A stretch of DNA of 64,000 nucleotides from Escherichia phage vB_EcoM_G50. The stretch's first letter is position 1. The number at the start of each line of letters is the position of its first letter. The notes beneath the pieces are model-generated. The model saw only the letters and a list, made by a program, of their open reading frames with translations, was not told where the DNA came from and ran no database searches. Position numbers and translations under genes: made by a program. The stretch is from the sequence record NC_054917.1; one strand, given 5' to 3'. Of the stretch, positions 47,991 through 59,681 are shown piece after piece.

Positions 47991-48616
47991 TACAATAGCT
48001 CAAAGAATTCTTTGAGTCCTCTTATTACATGAGCGTGAGTTTTTCCACACTCTGGACATTTAATTGGAACAGCCAAATAAACAGTAGGCTTTAAAAGCAT
48101 ATCTTTTATAGCTACAATATCTGACTCTGTGATGATAGAATATAAATCTTCCAACTCTTTTTCATTTAAGTCTTCAATTGGAATGCTTTCCCCGTTAGCA
48201 TGAATCGTTTCTATACATGATACTATCATGTGGGCTATATTTTTATCATCAAAAATTTTAGGGTAATGGAACTTAATTTTAATGTCACCCAGTGTATACC
48301 AGAGGTCTTCTGGTGCATCTATTTGTGTATGTAATAGATTTATATGGGTTGGTATTTCAGTTCCACAGGTGCACTTCCAGGAGTTTTCGTGATTAACTTC
48401 TCCAAGAGAATGCGCCCATAAATGAATCAGCAGTAGTTCTGATTCTTGGCGGTTTAAATCTTTTGCATTTGTACAGTCTTTGATTAGCTTTTTAACGATC
48501 TCTTCTACTGAACCGTTCTTTTTAGCAGTAATAAGTTCTAGATATTCTTTAAGAGTAAATGCGCGACAGTTGATTATTTTAGAACCAACTCTCACGTCAA
48601 ATTTGTATTCATACAT
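47990..48616 (-). CDS. 26: baseplate hub assembly protein gp26
   Basis: 208 aa as in T4. Confidence 0.85.
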   Translation of the reverse strand: MYEYKFDVRVGSKIINCRAFTLKEYLELITAKKNGSVEEIVKKLIKDCTNAKDLNRQESELLLIHLWAHSLGEVNHENSWKCTCGTEIPTHINLLHTQIDAPEDLWYTLGDIKIKFHYPKIFDDKNIAHMIVSCIETIHANGESIPIEDLNEKELEDLYSIITESDIVAIKDMLLKPTVYLAVPIKCPECGKTHAHVIRGLKEFFELL

Positions 48617-48637
48617 ATTTAGCTCCTTTATTTATCA

Positions 48638-48645
48638 TATTTATA
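48638..48645 (-). promoter_or_regulatory. T4 late promoter TATAAATA (gene 26)
   Basis: Plus-strand tatttata; overlaps the + strand promoter by 4 nt. Confidence 0.5.
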
Positions 48646-48649
48646 AATA
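48642..48649 (+). promoter_or_regulatory. T4 late promoter TATAAATA (gene 51)
   Basis: Exact octamer 18 nt upstream of gene 51 ATG. Confidence 0.55.
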
Positions 48650-48666
48650 GAATAAAAGGAGCATCT

Positions 48667-49416
48667 ATGGCAAACATTATTCGTTGTAAATTACCAGATG
48701 GTGTTCATCGTTTTAAACCATTTACGGTAGAAGATTATCGAGATTTTTTGTTAGTTCGAAACGATATAGAACATCGGTCACCACAAGAACAAAAAGAAAT
48801 AATTGCTGATTTAATTGCTGATTATTTTGGAGACTATCCGAAGACTTGGCAACCATTTATATTTTTGCAGGTATTTGTAGGGTCAATAGGTAAAACTAAA
48901 GTACCGGTCACATTTGTATGTCCAAAATGTAAAAAAGAAAAGACAGTTCCATTTGAAATATATCAAAAAGAATTAAAGGAACCTGTTTTTGATGTAGCTA
49001 ATGTTAAAATTAAATTAAAGTTTCCTTCTGAGTTTTATGAAAATAAAGCAAAGATGATTACTGAAAATATTCATTCTGTTCAAGTAGATGAAATATGGTA
49101 TGATTGGAAGGAAATTAGTGAATCAAGTCAAATAGAACTTGTTGACGCCATCGAGATAGAAACATTAGAAAAAATTCTCGATGCAATGAATCCTATTAAT
49201 TTAACGCTACACATGTCATGCTGTGATAAGTATGTAAAAAAATACACTGATATAGTAGATGTGTTTAAGCTATTAGTTAACCCAGATGAGATATTTACTT
49301 TTTATCAAATTAATCACACACTCGTAAAAAGTAATTATAGTTTAAATTCAATAATGAAAATGATTCCTGCCGAGCGCGGATTCGTATTAAAACTGATTGA
49401 GAAGGATAAACAATAA
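48667..49416 (+). CDS. 51: baseplate hub assembly catalyst gp51
   Basis: 249 aa as in T4. Confidence 0.85.
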   Translation: MANIIRCKLPDGVHRFKPFTVEDYRDFLLVRNDIEHRSPQEQKEIIADLIADYFGDYPKTWQPFIFLQVFVGSIGKTKVPVTFVCPKCKKEKTVPFEIYQKELKEPVFDVANVKIKLKFPSEFYENKAKMITENIHSVQVDEIWYDWKEISESSQIELVDAIEIETLEKILDAMNPINLTLHMSCCDKYVKKYTDIVDVFKLLVNPDEIFTFYQINHTLVKSNYSLNSIMKMIPAERGFVLKLIEKDKQ

Positions 49417-50591
49417 TGAGTATGTTGCAACGCCCAGGATATCCAAATCTCAGCGTTAAATTGTTTGATAGCTACGACGCTTGGAGTAATAATAGATTTG
49501 TTGAATTAGCTGCTACTATTACCACATTAACTATGCGGGATTCTCTTTATGGTCGAAATGAAGGAATGCTGCAGTTTTATGATTCTAAAAACATCCATAC
49601 AAAAATGGATGGAAATGAAATAATTCAGATTTCTGTAGCTAATGCAAACGATATTAATAATGTTAAAACAAGAATTTATGGATGTAAGCATTTTTCCGTG
49701 TCAGTAGATTCAAAGGGTGATAACATCATTGCTATTGAATTGGGAACTATTCATTCTATAGAAAATCTTAAATTTGGCAGACCGTTTTTCCCTGATGCAG
49801 GTGAATCTATAAAGGAAATGCTTGGTGTCATTTATCAAGACCGTACGCTATTGACTCCACCTATAAATGCTATAAATGCTTATGTTCCTGATATTCCGTG
49901 GACTAGTACATTTGAAAACTATTTGTCATATGTCAGAGAAGTTGCTCTAGCTGTAGGAAGTGACAAATTTGTGTTTGTGTGGCAAGACATCATGGGAGTT
50001 AACATGATGGACTATGATATGATGATAAATCAAGAACCGTATCCAATGATTGTCGGTGAGCCATCTTTAATAGGTCAATTCATCCAAGAATTAAAATATC
50101 CATTAGCATATGATTTCGTTTGGTTGACTAAATCGAATCCTCACAAACGCGACCCAATGAAAAACGCTACCATCTACGCGCATTCATTTTTAGATTCTTC
50201 ATTGCCAATGATTACTACAGGAAAAGGCGAAAACTCTATTGTAGTGTCAAGGTCAGGTGCTTATTCTGAAATGACTTATAGGAATGGATATGAAGAAGCT
50301 ATTCGTCTTCAAACTATGGCGCAATACGATGGCTATGCTAAATGTTCTACTGTCGGTAATTTTAACTTGACTCCTGGCGTTAAAATTATTTTTAATGATA
50401 GTAAAAACCAATTTAAAACAGAATTTTACGTTGATGAAGTCATCCATGAATTATCAAATAATAATTCAGTAACTCATCTATATATGTTCACTAATGCAAC
50501 GAAACTGGAAACAATAGACCCAGTTAAGGTTAAAAATGAATTTAAATCTGATACTACCACTGAAGAAAGTAGTTCTTCCAATAAGCAATAA
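49416..50591 (+). CDS. 27: baseplate hub protein gp27
   Basis: 391 aa as in T4. Confidence 0.9.
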   Translation: MSMLQRPGYPNLSVKLFDSYDAWSNNRFVELAATITTLTMRDSLYGRNEGMLQFYDSKNIHTKMDGNEIIQISVANANDINNVKTRIYGCKHFSVSVDSKGDNIIAIELGTIHSIENLKFGRPFFPDAGESIKEMLGVIYQDRTLLTPPINAINAYVPDIPWTSTFENYLSYVREVALAVGSDKFVFVWQDIMGVNMMDYDMMINQEPYPMIVGEPSLIGQFIQELKYPLAYDFVWLTKSNPHKRDPMKNATIYAHSFLDSSLPMITTGKGENSIVVSRSGAYSEMTYRNGYEEAIRLQTMAQYDGYAKCSTVGNFNLTPGVKIIFNDSKNQFKTEFYVDEVIHELSNNNSVTHLYMFTNATKLETIDPVKVKNEFKSDTTTEESSSSNKQ

Positions 50592-51069
50592 AGAAGTTTC
50601 TATTCCTAAAATGGGTCTTAAACACTATAACATTTTAAAAGATGTTAAAGGTCCTGATGAAAATTTAAAACTTCTTATTGATTCTATTTGTCCGAATTTA
50701 TCACCGGCAGAAGTTGATTTCGTTTCTATTCATTTATTGGAATTTAATGGAAAGATTAAATCTCGCAAAGAAATAGATGGTTATACTTATGACATTAATG
50801 ATGTTTATGTATGCCAAAGATTGGAATTTCAATACCAAGGAAATACATTTTATTTTAGACCTCCTGGAAAATTTGAACAATTTTTAACGGTGAGCGATAT
50901 GTTATCCAAATGCTTGCTTAAGGTCAATGATGAAGTTAAAGAAATTAATTTTCTTGAGATGCCAGCATTCGTTTTAAAATGGGCAAATGATATTTTTACA
51001 ACTTTAGCAATTCCTGGCCCTAATGGTCCAATAACCGGAATTGGCAATATTATTGGATTATTTGAATGA
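50536..51069 (+). CDS. 28: baseplate hub distal subunit gp28
   Basis: 177 aa as in T4; overlaps gene 27 3' end. Confidence 0.85.
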   Translation: MNLNLILPLKKVVLPISNKEVSIPKMGLKHYNILKDVKGPDENLKLLIDSICPNLSPAEVDFVSIHLLEFNGKIKSRKEIDGYTYDINDVYVCQRLEFQYQGNTFYFRPPGKFEQFLTVSDMLSKCLLKVNDEVKEINFLEMPAFVLKWANDIFTTLAIPGPNGPITGIGNIIGLFE

Positions 51070-52838
51070 AAAAGCCACAAGAAATGCAAACGATGCGTAG
51101 AAAAGTTATTTCAGATAATAAACCAACACAGGAAGCGGCTAAATCCGCTTCTAACACTTTATCTGGACTTAACGATATATCTACGAAATTGGATGATGCT
51201 CAAGCTGCTTCTGAATTAATTGCTCAAACTGTCGAAGAAAAATCGAATGAAATAATTGGAGCAATTGACAACGTAGAAAGCGCAGTGAGTGATACTACTG
51301 CCGGTTCTGAGTTAATTGCTGAAACTGTCGAAATTGGCAATAATATTAATAAAGAAATCGGTGAATCACTCGGGAGCAAATTAGATAAATTAACAAGTTT
51401 ACTAGAACAAAAAATTCAGACAGCCGGAATTCAACAAACAGGAACTAGTTTAGCTACGGTTGAAAGCGCTATTCCTGTTAAAGTTGTTGAGGATGATACA
51501 GCTGAATCTGTGGGTCCTTTATTACCGGCTCCTGAAGCAGTTAATAATGATCCTGATGCTGATTTTTTCCCTACCCCTCAGCCAGTTGAACCTAAACAAG
51601 AATCGCCAGAAGAAAAACAGAAAAAAGACGCATTTAACTTAAAATTATCTCAAGCTTTAGATAAATTAACAAAGACTGTTGATTTCGGATTTAAGAAATC
51701 TATTTCAATTACTGATAAAATATCAAGCATGCTATTTAAGTATACCGTCAGTGCTGCTATTGAAGCTGCTAAAATGACTGCAATGATATTGGCTGTTGTT
51801 GTTGGAATAGATCTGCTGATGGTTCACTTTAAATATTGGTCAGATAAATTTTCGCAGGCTTGGGATTTGTTTAGTTCAAACTTTACTAAATTCTCTAGCG
51901 AAACCGGAACATGGGGTCCTTTATTACAGAGCATCTTTAGTTCTATTGATGAAATTAAAAAATTCTGGGAAGAGGGAGATTGGGGCGGTTTGACGGTAGC
52001 TATTGTAGAAGGGCTTGGAAAGGTTCTTTATAATTTAGGTGAACTTATTCAATTAGGTATGGCTAAATTATCTGCGGCAATTCTTCGAGTCATTCCTGGT
52101 ATGAAGGATACTGCTGATGAAGTAGAAGGAAGAGCACTAGAAAATTTCCAAAATTCTACTGGAGCATCTCTCAATAAAGAAGACCAGGAAAAAGTTGCAA
52201 ATTATCAAGATAAACGAATGAACGGAGACCTTGGTCCGATAGCAAAAGGATTAGATAAAATTGCTAATTGGAAAACTCGTGCATCTAACTGGATTCGTGG
52301 CGTTGATAATAAAGAAGCACTAACTACCGACGAAGAACGCGCAGCAGAAGAAGAAAAATTAAAGCAACTTTCACCAGAAGAAAGAAAAAATGCTTTAATG
52401 AAGGCTAATGAAGCTCGGGCCGCGATGATTCGTTTTGAAAAATATGCTGATTCAGCTGATATGAGTAAAGACTCAACGGTTAAATCAGTTGAAGCTGCCT
52501 ATGAAGACCTTAAAAAACGGATGGATGACCCGGATTTAAATAATTCACCGGCAGTTAAAAAAGAACTTGCTGCTAGATTTTCTAAAATTGATGCTACTTA
52601 TCAAGAGCTCAAGAAAAATCAGCCTAATGCCAAACCTGAAACTTCTGCTAAATCGCCAGAAGCAAAACAAGTCCAGGTAATAGAAAAGAACAAAGCACAG
52701 CAAGCTCCTGTTCAACAAGCATCTCCTTCGATCAATAATACTAATAACGTTGTTAAGAAAAATACTGTCGTTCATAATATGACACCCGTAACGAGCACGA
52801 CTGCTCCTGGTGTATTTGATGCGACTGGAGTTAATTAA
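51066..52838 (+). CDS. 29: baseplate hub / tail length determinator gp29
   Basis: 590 aa as in T4. Confidence 0.9.
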   Translation: MKKPQEMQTMRRKVISDNKPTQEAAKSASNTLSGLNDISTKLDDAQAASELIAQTVEEKSNEIIGAIDNVESAVSDTTAGSELIAETVEIGNNINKEIGESLGSKLDKLTSLLEQKIQTAGIQQTGTSLATVESAIPVKVVEDDTAESVGPLLPAPEAVNNDPDADFFPTPQPVEPKQESPEEKQKKDAFNLKLSQALDKLTKTVDFGFKKSISITDKISSMLFKYTVSAAIEAAKMTAMILAVVVGIDLLMVHFKYWSDKFSQAWDLFSSNFTKFSSETGTWGPLLQSIFSSIDEIKKFWEEGDWGGLTVAIVEGLGKVLYNLGELIQLGMAKLSAAILRVIPGMKDTADEVEGRALENFQNSTGASLNKEDQEKVANYQDKRMNGDLGPIAKGLDKIANWKTRASNWIRGVDNKEALTTDEERAAEEEKLKQLSPEERKNALMKANEARAAMIRFEKYADSADMSKDSTVKSVEAAYEDLKKRMDDPDLNNSPAVKKELAARFSKIDATYQELKKNQPNAKPETSAKSPEAKQVQVIEKNKAQQAPVQQASPSINNTNNVVKKNTVVHNMTPVTSTTAPGVFDATGVN

Positions 52839-52846
52839 GGAATAAT

Positions 52847-53941
52847 ATGGCAATTGTTAAAGAAATAACTGCTGATTTAATTAAAAAGTCCGGTGAGAAA
52901 ATTTCAGCCGGACAGAGTACTAAATCAGAAGTAGCAACTAAAACATACACTGCCCAGTTTCCAACTGGGCGTGCTAGTGGTAATGACACTACAGGGGACT
53001 TCCAGGTAACAGATCTATATAAGAATGGATTATTATTTACTGCATACAATATGTCATCTAGGGATTCTGGAAGTCTTAGATCGATGAGATCTAACTACTC
53101 TTCTTCATCTTCGAGTATTTTAAGTACAGCTAGAAACACTATTAGTAGTACAGTATCAAAACTATCAAATGGATTAATATCAAACAATAATTCAGGAACA
53201 ATAAGTAAAGCTCCTGTGGCAAATATTCTTTTACCGAGATCTAAATCTGATGTTGATACATCATCACATAGATTTAATGATGTTCAAGAAAGTCTTATCA
53301 GCAGAGGCGGAGGTACTGCTACTGGCGTGTTAAGTAATATTGCTTCAACTGCAGTATTTGGTGCGCTAGAAAGTATAACACAAGGTATAATGGCTGATAA
53401 TAATGAACAGATTTATACGACAGCCAGAAGTATGTATGGCGGTGCTGAGAATAGAACTAAAGTGTTTACATGGGATTTGACTCCACGTTCAACAGAAGAT
53501 TTAATGGCTATTATTAATATCTATCAATATTTTAACTATTTTTCTTATGGTGAAACGGGTAAATCTCAATATGCTGCTGAAATAAAGGGGTATTTAGATG
53601 ATTGGTATCGTTCTACGTTAATTGAACCTTTATCTCCGGAAGACGCGGCTAAAAATAAAACACTATTTGAGAAAATGACATCGAGTTTAACTAACGTTCT
53701 AGTAGTTTCAAACCCGACAATTTGGATGGTGAAAAACTTTGGTGCAACATCTAAGTTTGATGGAAAAACGGAAATATTTGGCCCATGCCAAATACAGAGC
53801 ATCAGATTTGATAAAACACCTAATGGTAACTTTAACGGATTAGCTATTGCTCCAAACCTCCCTAGTACATTTACTCTTGAGATTACTATGAGAGAAATTA
53901 TCACGTTAAACCGTGCTTCTTTATATGCGGGGACTTTTTAA
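52847..53941 (+). CDS. 48: baseplate-tail tube junction protein gp48
   Basis: 364 aa as in T4. Confidence 0.9.
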   Translation: MAIVKEITADLIKKSGEKISAGQSTKSEVATKTYTAQFPTGRASGNDTTGDFQVTDLYKNGLLFTAYNMSSRDSGSLRSMRSNYSSSSSSILSTARNTISSTVSKLSNGLISNNNSGTISKAPVANILLPRSKSDVDTSSHRFNDVQESLISRGGGTATGVLSNIASTAVFGALESITQGIMADNNEQIYTTARSMYGGAENRTKVFTWDLTPRSTEDLMAIINIYQYFNYFSYGETGKSQYAAEIKGYLDDWYRSTLIEPLSPEDAAKNKTLFEKMTSSLTNVLVVSNPTIWMVKNFGATSKFDGKTEIFGPCQIQSIRFDKTPNGNFNGLAIAPNLPSTFTLEITMREIITLNRASLYAGTF

Positions 53942-54906
53942 TGTATTCTTTAGAGGAATTTAATAATCAAGCAATAAACGCAGATTTCCAACGTAATAAT
54001 ATGTTTAGCTGCGTTTTTGCGACAACTCCATCAACTAAAAGCTCTTCGTTGATAAGTTCAATTAGCAACTTTTCTTATAATAACTTGGGCCTAAATTCAG
54101 ATTGGTTAGGATTAACTCAAGGCGATATTAATCAGGGAATTACCACGCTAATTACTGCTGGCACACAAAAACTGATAAGAAAATCAGGGGTTAGTAAATA
54201 TCTTATTGGTGCCATGAGTCAACGCACAGTTCAAAGTTTATTGGGCTCATTTACAGTTGGTACATATTTAATTGATTTCTTTAATATGGCATATAACTCA
54301 TCTGGATTGATGATATACTCTGTAAAAATGCCAGAGAATAGATTATCCTATGAAACTGACTGGAACTATAATTCTCCTAATATTCGTATAACTGGGAGAG
54401 AATTAGACCCTTTGGTTATTTCATTTAGAATGGATTCAGAAGCTTGTAACTATCGTGCAATGCAAGACTGGGTTAACGCTGTTCAAGACCCAGTAACTGG
54501 ATTGCGTGCTTTGCCGCAAGATGTCGAGGCAGATATTCAGGTTAATCTTCATGCTCGTAATGGATTACCTCATACTGCTGTGATGTTCACTGGATGCATT
54601 CCAGTGTCAGTGAGTGCTCCTGAGTTATCATATGATGGAGATAACCAAATAACTACATTTGATGTTACTTTTGCGTATAGAGTCATGCAGGCTGGGTCAG
54701 TTGATAGACAAGCTGCGCTTGAATGGCTTGAATCTGCTGCTATAAATGGCATTCAAAGCGTTCTCGGAAATAGTGGAGGTGTTACTGGACTATCTAATTC
54801 GCTTTCACGACTTAGTAGATTAGGAGGAACTGCGGGAAGCATTTCAAACATTAATACTATGACGGGAATTGTCAACTCGCAAAGTAAAATATTAGGAGCA
54901 ATATAA
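53941..54906 (+). CDS. 54: baseplate-tail tube initiator gp54
   Basis: 321 aa; T4 gp54 is about 320 aa. Confidence 0.9.
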   Translation: MYSLEEFNNQAINADFQRNNMFSCVFATTPSTKSSSLISSISNFSYNNLGLNSDWLGLTQGDINQGITTLITAGTQKLIRKSGVSKYLIGAMSQRTVQSLLGSFTVGTYLIDFFNMAYNSSGLMIYSVKMPENRLSYETDWNYNSPNIRITGRELDPLVISFRMDSEACNYRAMQDWVNAVQDPVTGLRALPQDVEADIQVNLHARNGLPHTAVMFTGCIPVSVSAPELSYDGDNQITTFDVTFAYRVMQAGSVDRQAALEWLESAAINGIQSVLGNSGGVTGLSNSLSRLSRLGGTAGSISNINTMTGIVNSQSKILGAI

Positions 54907-54908
54907 CA

Positions 54909-54930
54909 ATGGGGACCGAAAGGTCCCCAT
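54909..54930. terminator. bidirectional stem-loop ATGGGGACCGAAAGGTCCCCAT
   Basis: Perfect hairpin plus T-tract between convergent gene 54 (+) and ORF 54935..55225 (-). Confidence 0.6.
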
Positions 54931-54934
54931 ATTT

Positions 54935-55225
54935 TTATTTACGGAATGAAATAAAAGCAGCAACTGAAGCAACTAAACTGTCTTCAATATAAACTTCAAT
55001 TTTTACCGGAGCTTCTGACTCAAATTTACCTGTTACTACACCTTGGAAAATACTTTCAGTCTGCTCTGGCTTTGAAAAATTTTCAGAAGGAAAAATTCCG
55101 AACTTTTTATCTGTTCCAAAAATTTTGATAAATTCATCGTAAACTGCTTCATTAAAAGCATTATCAGCAGGAATAACGCCTTCAACTACAAGTTCTTGAC
55201 CTAAAAAGCGTAAAGAAGATTTCAT
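54935..55225 (-). CDS. hypothetical protein (96 aa)
   Basis: ORF downstream of the alt genes. Confidence 0.5.
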   Translation of the reverse strand: MKSSLRFLGQELVVEGVIPADNAFNEAVYDEFIKIFGTDKKFGIFPSENFSKPEQTESIFQGVVTGKFESEAPVKIEVYIEDSLVASVAAFISFRK

Positions 55226-55285
55226 TTTGTGTTCCTCATGTTATGTAAGTAAAATTATTATAACACAACACGAGGGACTTGTAAA

Positions 55286-57343
55286 CTACATTTTGAACTT
55301 TTTAGACATTCCGTTGATGTTAACCAAAGAAGCCAAGATTTGAGAAACTTCGTTTTCCTCTTCTTTTGATTCTTCTACAAGGAATTGATTAAATCCAGCC
55401 ATTGGACGAACTTCACCAGTTTCCATCAGATGATCGCCATCATATACCGATTCTTCTAATTGTTCAGAAGGAGGAACGATTGTGCCTTCGATTAAATACT
55501 TGTTATAAGCAGTTTCTTTCATCATGTACGTGCTCACTTTATTAATCTTCAGCAAAATTCCACGCGGTAAAATAACTTCAGCTTCTGATGGAAATCCTGA
55601 TAAATGACCTGGAACGATAACTTTGATTCGCTCAGCTCCTTTTATTACCATACCTACGCTAGTTTCAGCATCTTCATTAGCATATGCGGAATGACTACCC
55701 GTATGCATTAAATCTTCAGCATCAACTGAACCTTCTCCTTCACCAGAAAATACTGCACTGGAATCATCTAGGGCCATATAGTTTTTACCATACTCACCGA
55801 AGATATTTGGTTTAAGCGATGTGGATACGAAGTTCTTGAAATAGAACATTTTATTTTCAATATTATGACGTAAAGTTTTAAAGGTAACTTCTTGTCCACG
55901 GTAAAGTGTAGTTCCTGGAGGAAGAACTGATCCTTTGGCAAAGGCAGAATCCATTGTCTCGATGTGTTTAATAGCTCGTTCCATGTATTCTTCACGGGTA
56001 GAATCTGGTTTACCCAAGAGGAACGAGTTCATTTCAACATATGAATCTGCACAATAATCTTCAATTACATCGGACTCAGCCTGAGTTAATCCTTTTGGGG
56101 GTACTTCAGTACTTGCATATTCATACGCTTGAGAAGCAGACTCATTAATCAATTTATAAATGCCATTCATGACAAATTGAATAATAGCTACCTTTTCATC
56201 TGGCGTGGCTTTAGAACCTTTAACTAAATCATTGACAATTTTCTTAATAACATCAAAGCTATTAGAAATATTAATGTCAGCGAGATCGCTTAAAATTTTA
56301 TCAGTTTTATAATCAAAAAATTCTTTATTCTTTAAATATTCCTGAGAACCTTGATATGTTATATCGCTCTGTAACTTGATAGATGGATCACGTAAACGTG
56401 CATGAGCCAATGCAATATGATTTCGGAAGCTTTCTAATTCATAATCGCTAGATTTAAAACGAGAAGCACTTCTCATACCACCGATAGCTCCTTTGCTGAA
56501 GTTTGAACCAACCTGAATAACGCCAGAGTTCATTGGTCCTTCTGCTTTATATACCGGAACTTTAGATTCAAACTCTTGATATTTCTTAGCAGCGAAGCTA
56601 TCACCCTGAAGTGAAGCATCGACAGTAGAATATTGAGCTTGTGCTGCTAATCGACGACTAATTTTAGTTTTCTGAATAACAGCTTGATCCGTACGCTTAT
56701 CATTTTCTAAAGCAATAGAAGCAGCAACAGCAACAGCTTTAGGAACAGCATTACCTGTTTTAACGTCTACATAAACATCACCAACCTTTGATTCAACCTT
56801 TGTGAATAACTCAGTTGAAATAGGAGGTACACCTGGAATGTCTTCTAAATTGGCATTTTTACGGTAAACCATAATATATGTGTACTTTTTATCGTAATCC
56901 CAGATTTCCTTTAAAAGAACATATCGACCTGCTCCTTTAGTACGCACTAAACGATCGGCAATAACTTGCATTTGACGAGCTGCACCGTTTGTTTTACTCT
57001 TTAATACGCGGAATAGGCATGCGTCAATTTTGTACTGTTTCATTGTCTGAAGAGCAGTATCAAAAACCGCATTAATGACACCAATTGGATTTCCACCTAA
57101 GTTTTTAAGTTTAACTAATGATAGTTTCTCATTAACGCCTATCATTACGATATGCATCATTTTATCGCCTGGCTTAACGTTTTTATTTGTATCACCGCCA
57201 GAGGTGTATGTACAAAATCTAAATCCAGGAAGCACACTTTCTTCACCGGCTTGAATAGCAAAAATTTGAGGTATTTTATGCTTAGGATTTAAGTTAACAA
57301 CCGGCGCCGAAGCGCCGTCAAATAATTCTGTAATAAGTTCCAT
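55286..57343 (-). CDS. Alt-family ADP-ribosyltransferase paralog (685 aa)
   Basis: N-terminus MELITELFDGASAPVVNLNPKHKIPQIF... parallels the upstream Alt; ART-like motifs FVSTSL (S-T-S) and EAEVILPRG (E-x-E). Confidence 0.75.
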   Translation of the reverse strand: MELITELFDGASAPVVNLNPKHKIPQIFAIQAGEESVLPGFRFCTYTSGGDTNKNVKPGDKMMHIVMIGVNEKLSLVKLKNLGGNPIGVINAVFDTALQTMKQYKIDACLFRVLKSKTNGAARQMQVIADRLVRTKGAGRYVLLKEIWDYDKKYTYIMVYRKNANLEDIPGVPPISTELFTKVESKVGDVYVDVKTGNAVPKAVAVAASIALENDKRTDQAVIQKTKISRRLAAQAQYSTVDASLQGDSFAAKKYQEFESKVPVYKAEGPMNSGVIQVGSNFSKGAIGGMRSASRFKSSDYELESFRNHIALAHARLRDPSIKLQSDITYQGSQEYLKNKEFFDYKTDKILSDLADINISNSFDVIKKIVNDLVKGSKATPDEKVAIIQFVMNGIYKLINESASQAYEYASTEVPPKGLTQAESDVIEDYCADSYVEMNSFLLGKPDSTREEYMERAIKHIETMDSAFAKGSVLPPGTTLYRGQEVTFKTLRHNIENKMFYFKNFVSTSLKPNIFGEYGKNYMALDDSSAVFSGEGEGSVDAEDLMHTGSHSAYANEDAETSVGMVIKGAERIKVIVPGHLSGFPSEAEVILPRGILLKINKVSTYMMKETAYNKYLIEGTIVPPSEQLEESVYDGDHLMETGEVRPMAGFNQFLVEESKEEENEVSQILASLVNINGMSKKFKM

Positions 57344-57346
57344 GAT

Positions 57347-59443
57347 TTATCCTTGAACGAACTTGTAAGGCATGTTTGTAATATCTATGCAAGACGCAAT
57401 AATTCCAAGAGATGATTCTACTTTCTGTTTAACATTTGATGAAACAAACGATGCAAAGTCAACTCTGTCTTCTATTTCAATATCATCTGTCATTGCAACT
57501 ACTTCACCGGTTTCCATTAGACGGTCACCGTCATAAATGACTGATTCGGTGAGCTCTTCTGTAGTCATAACTTCAGCTTGAATGAGTTTTGTATTATTAG
57601 ATGTTGTTCCGTCATTATTAGAAGCATCAGTTATTTTATTAACTTTGACCATCAATCCGCGTGGTAGAATAACTTCAGCTTCTGTTGCTATTCCGAGACT
57701 TCCTGGATATACAACATTAACTTTATGAGCTCCATCAATTGCCCATCCTATTTGAACTTTAACGTATTCAGGATTTTCTTTATACGCTCTTATTTCGTTT
57801 GGATTAATAGTTATTCCTTCTTCATTTTTATCAACTGTTAATTCATTACGAGCTTCTGGTTCTAAAAGACCAATACCAGCATGCGTAATTCCAAAACGTC
57901 CAAAAATGATAGGAGTTAAAGAAGTAGATACAAAATTTCTGAAATAGAACACTTTATTTTTAACTAGCGCTTCGTATATAGGAGCAGTCATACTTTGAGC
58001 ACGATAAACTGTAATGCCTTCTGGTATACGGTCACCATTTTCAAAAGCTGAATCTAAATTATTTATCGCAGATTCAATTTCTTTTTCACTCATTACATCA
58101 TATCGTTCTGGATTGTAGCGGCCTAAAAGAAGATTATTGATGTCAGTATATCCTGATCCACAATACTCTCTAATGCCGCGCTTTTGTGATGGAGTATATT
58201 TAGAACCATCACGGGCAATAGTAATATCAATCATTGGACCTGCACCAATTCCAGAAAAGCTATAAATCATTCGTTTGAGGAATTTAGTTTTTGCTGCGTT
58301 CCAGGAATTTTTAGTTATTTCTTCCCAGACTTCATCTGGCTGTCCTTTACGGGTTTTATTATGTTTATCAAGCCAATTATCTTTATATTCTTCAAAGAAT
58401 TGATTAACAGCTGCTGCGTATTTCTCTAAACATTTTATTGAAGTGGTTGGTTCATTTTTAATCGCATTAAGAATTACATCTTTAATTTTTTCAGAAACTT
58501 CATTAACCTCACTTTTTGAAAAGAATTTATAGTCATAGTGAAGTTCATCTGCGGTTCCTTCGGCAATGATTTTTGCTGCCTTAGTTTTAGAAGCTAATGA
58601 ATTAATTCCAAGCTTCATTTCTTCTGCTTCGGGAATTAAAGGAGCTGTAGCAGGTTTATTGAAATTAGCTGCGGTAGATTCATATTTCTGGAATAATTCA
58701 CTTTCAAATCTAGAAGATTCCAATGACTGACTTTGCGCAATTGCTCTACGGGAAATTTTAACTTTAACGATTACAGCTTGGTCAGAACGTTTATCGTTTT
58801 CTTGCGCAATAGATGCCGCAATTGCCTCATTTTTAGTTACTTGAGCTCCAGTATCTTTATTGATATAAACATCGCCGACTTTCGATTCAACTTTAGTAAA
58901 GAGCTCGGTACTAATTTCCGGAACTCCTGGAATGTCTTCTAGTGATACATTTTTGCGATGTATAAGAATATATGCATACTTTTTATCGTAATCCCAGAGT
59001 TCCTTAAGAAGGACGTATCTGCCACCTGAACGACTGCGGATAAGTCTATCAGCAATAACTTGAATTTGTCGAGCTTGACCAGCAGTTTTAGACTTAAGAA
59101 TACGAAGCATACAGGCATCAATTTTATACTGACGCATCGTTTGCATCGCAACAGTAAAAACTGAATTGATGTAATTAATTGGGCTTGGACCGAGACCTTT
59201 CAATTTAGCAATTGAACCTTTAGCAGTTAATGTAAAAGGAACAATGTGCATCATTTTATCGCCCATCTTTAGATCACGGTTAGTATCACCTCCAGATGTA
59301 TAGGTACATAAACGAAAGCCTGGTTGTTCAATTGCGTCATCAACATGAACTGAAAAAATTTGCGGTATTTTCTTCTTTGGATTTAAGTTTGTAATCGGAA
59401 GAGTAGTATCTTCGTCAAATAATTCTGTAATGAGTTCCATCAT
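57347..59443 (-). CDS. alt: NAD-protein ADP-ribosyltransferase Alt (head-packaged, injected)
   Basis: 698 aa; MMELITELFDEDTTLPITNLNPKKKIPQIFSVHVDD... matches recalled T4 Alt; motifs R, FVSTSL, EAEVILPRG. Confidence 0.85.
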   Translation of the reverse strand: MMELITELFDEDTTLPITNLNPKKKIPQIFSVHVDDAIEQPGFRLCTYTSGGDTNRDLKMGDKMMHIVPFTLTAKGSIAKLKGLGPSPINYINSVFTVAMQTMRQYKIDACMLRILKSKTAGQARQIQVIADRLIRSRSGGRYVLLKELWDYDKKYAYILIHRKNVSLEDIPGVPEISTELFTKVESKVGDVYINKDTGAQVTKNEAIAASIAQENDKRSDQAVIVKVKISRRAIAQSQSLESSRFESELFQKYESTAANFNKPATAPLIPEAEEMKLGINSLASKTKAAKIIAEGTADELHYDYKFFSKSEVNEVSEKIKDVILNAIKNEPTTSIKCLEKYAAAVNQFFEEYKDNWLDKHNKTRKGQPDEVWEEITKNSWNAAKTKFLKRMIYSFSGIGAGPMIDITIARDGSKYTPSQKRGIREYCGSGYTDINNLLLGRYNPERYDVMSEKEIESAINNLDSAFENGDRIPEGITVYRAQSMTAPIYEALVKNKVFYFRNFVSTSLTPIIFGRFGITHAGIGLLEPEARNELTVDKNEEGITINPNEIRAYKENPEYVKVQIGWAIDGAHKVNVVYPGSLGIATEAEVILPRGLMVKVNKITDASNNDGTTSNNTKLIQAEVMTTEELTESVIYDGDRLMETGEVVAMTDDIEIEDRVDFASFVSSNVKQKVESSLGIIASCIDITNMPYKFVQG

Positions 59444-59463
59444 ATCCTCTCTAGTGTTTATTC

Positions 59464-59471
59464 TATTTATA
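59464..59471 (-). promoter_or_regulatory. T4 late promoter TATAAATA (alt)
   Basis: Plus-strand tatttata about 20 nt upstream of alt start. Confidence 0.5.
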
Positions 59472-59492
59472 AAATTAAAGGCCCGAAGGCCT

Positions 59493-59681
59493 TTAATAAT
59501 CTAATGGTAAGAGAGTACGATATATTTCAAACTTTGGACCTTTTTCATAGGCATCAAATGTTTCTGTGAATTTATTATAAGCATATGCATCTATAAATTC
59601 AATCATAATTTGTGATACAGAAGTAGAAACATCTCCACCTTCTTTTTGAGCAACGACAATTGTTTCTAAGTAAGCTTTCAT
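59493..59681 (-). CDS. hypothetical protein (62 aa)
   Basis: ORF with stop/start overlap with ligase gene. Confidence 0.45.
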   Translation of the reverse strand: MKAYLETIVVAQKEGGDVSTSVSQIMIEFIDAYAYNKFTETFDAYEKGPKFEIYRTLLPLDY

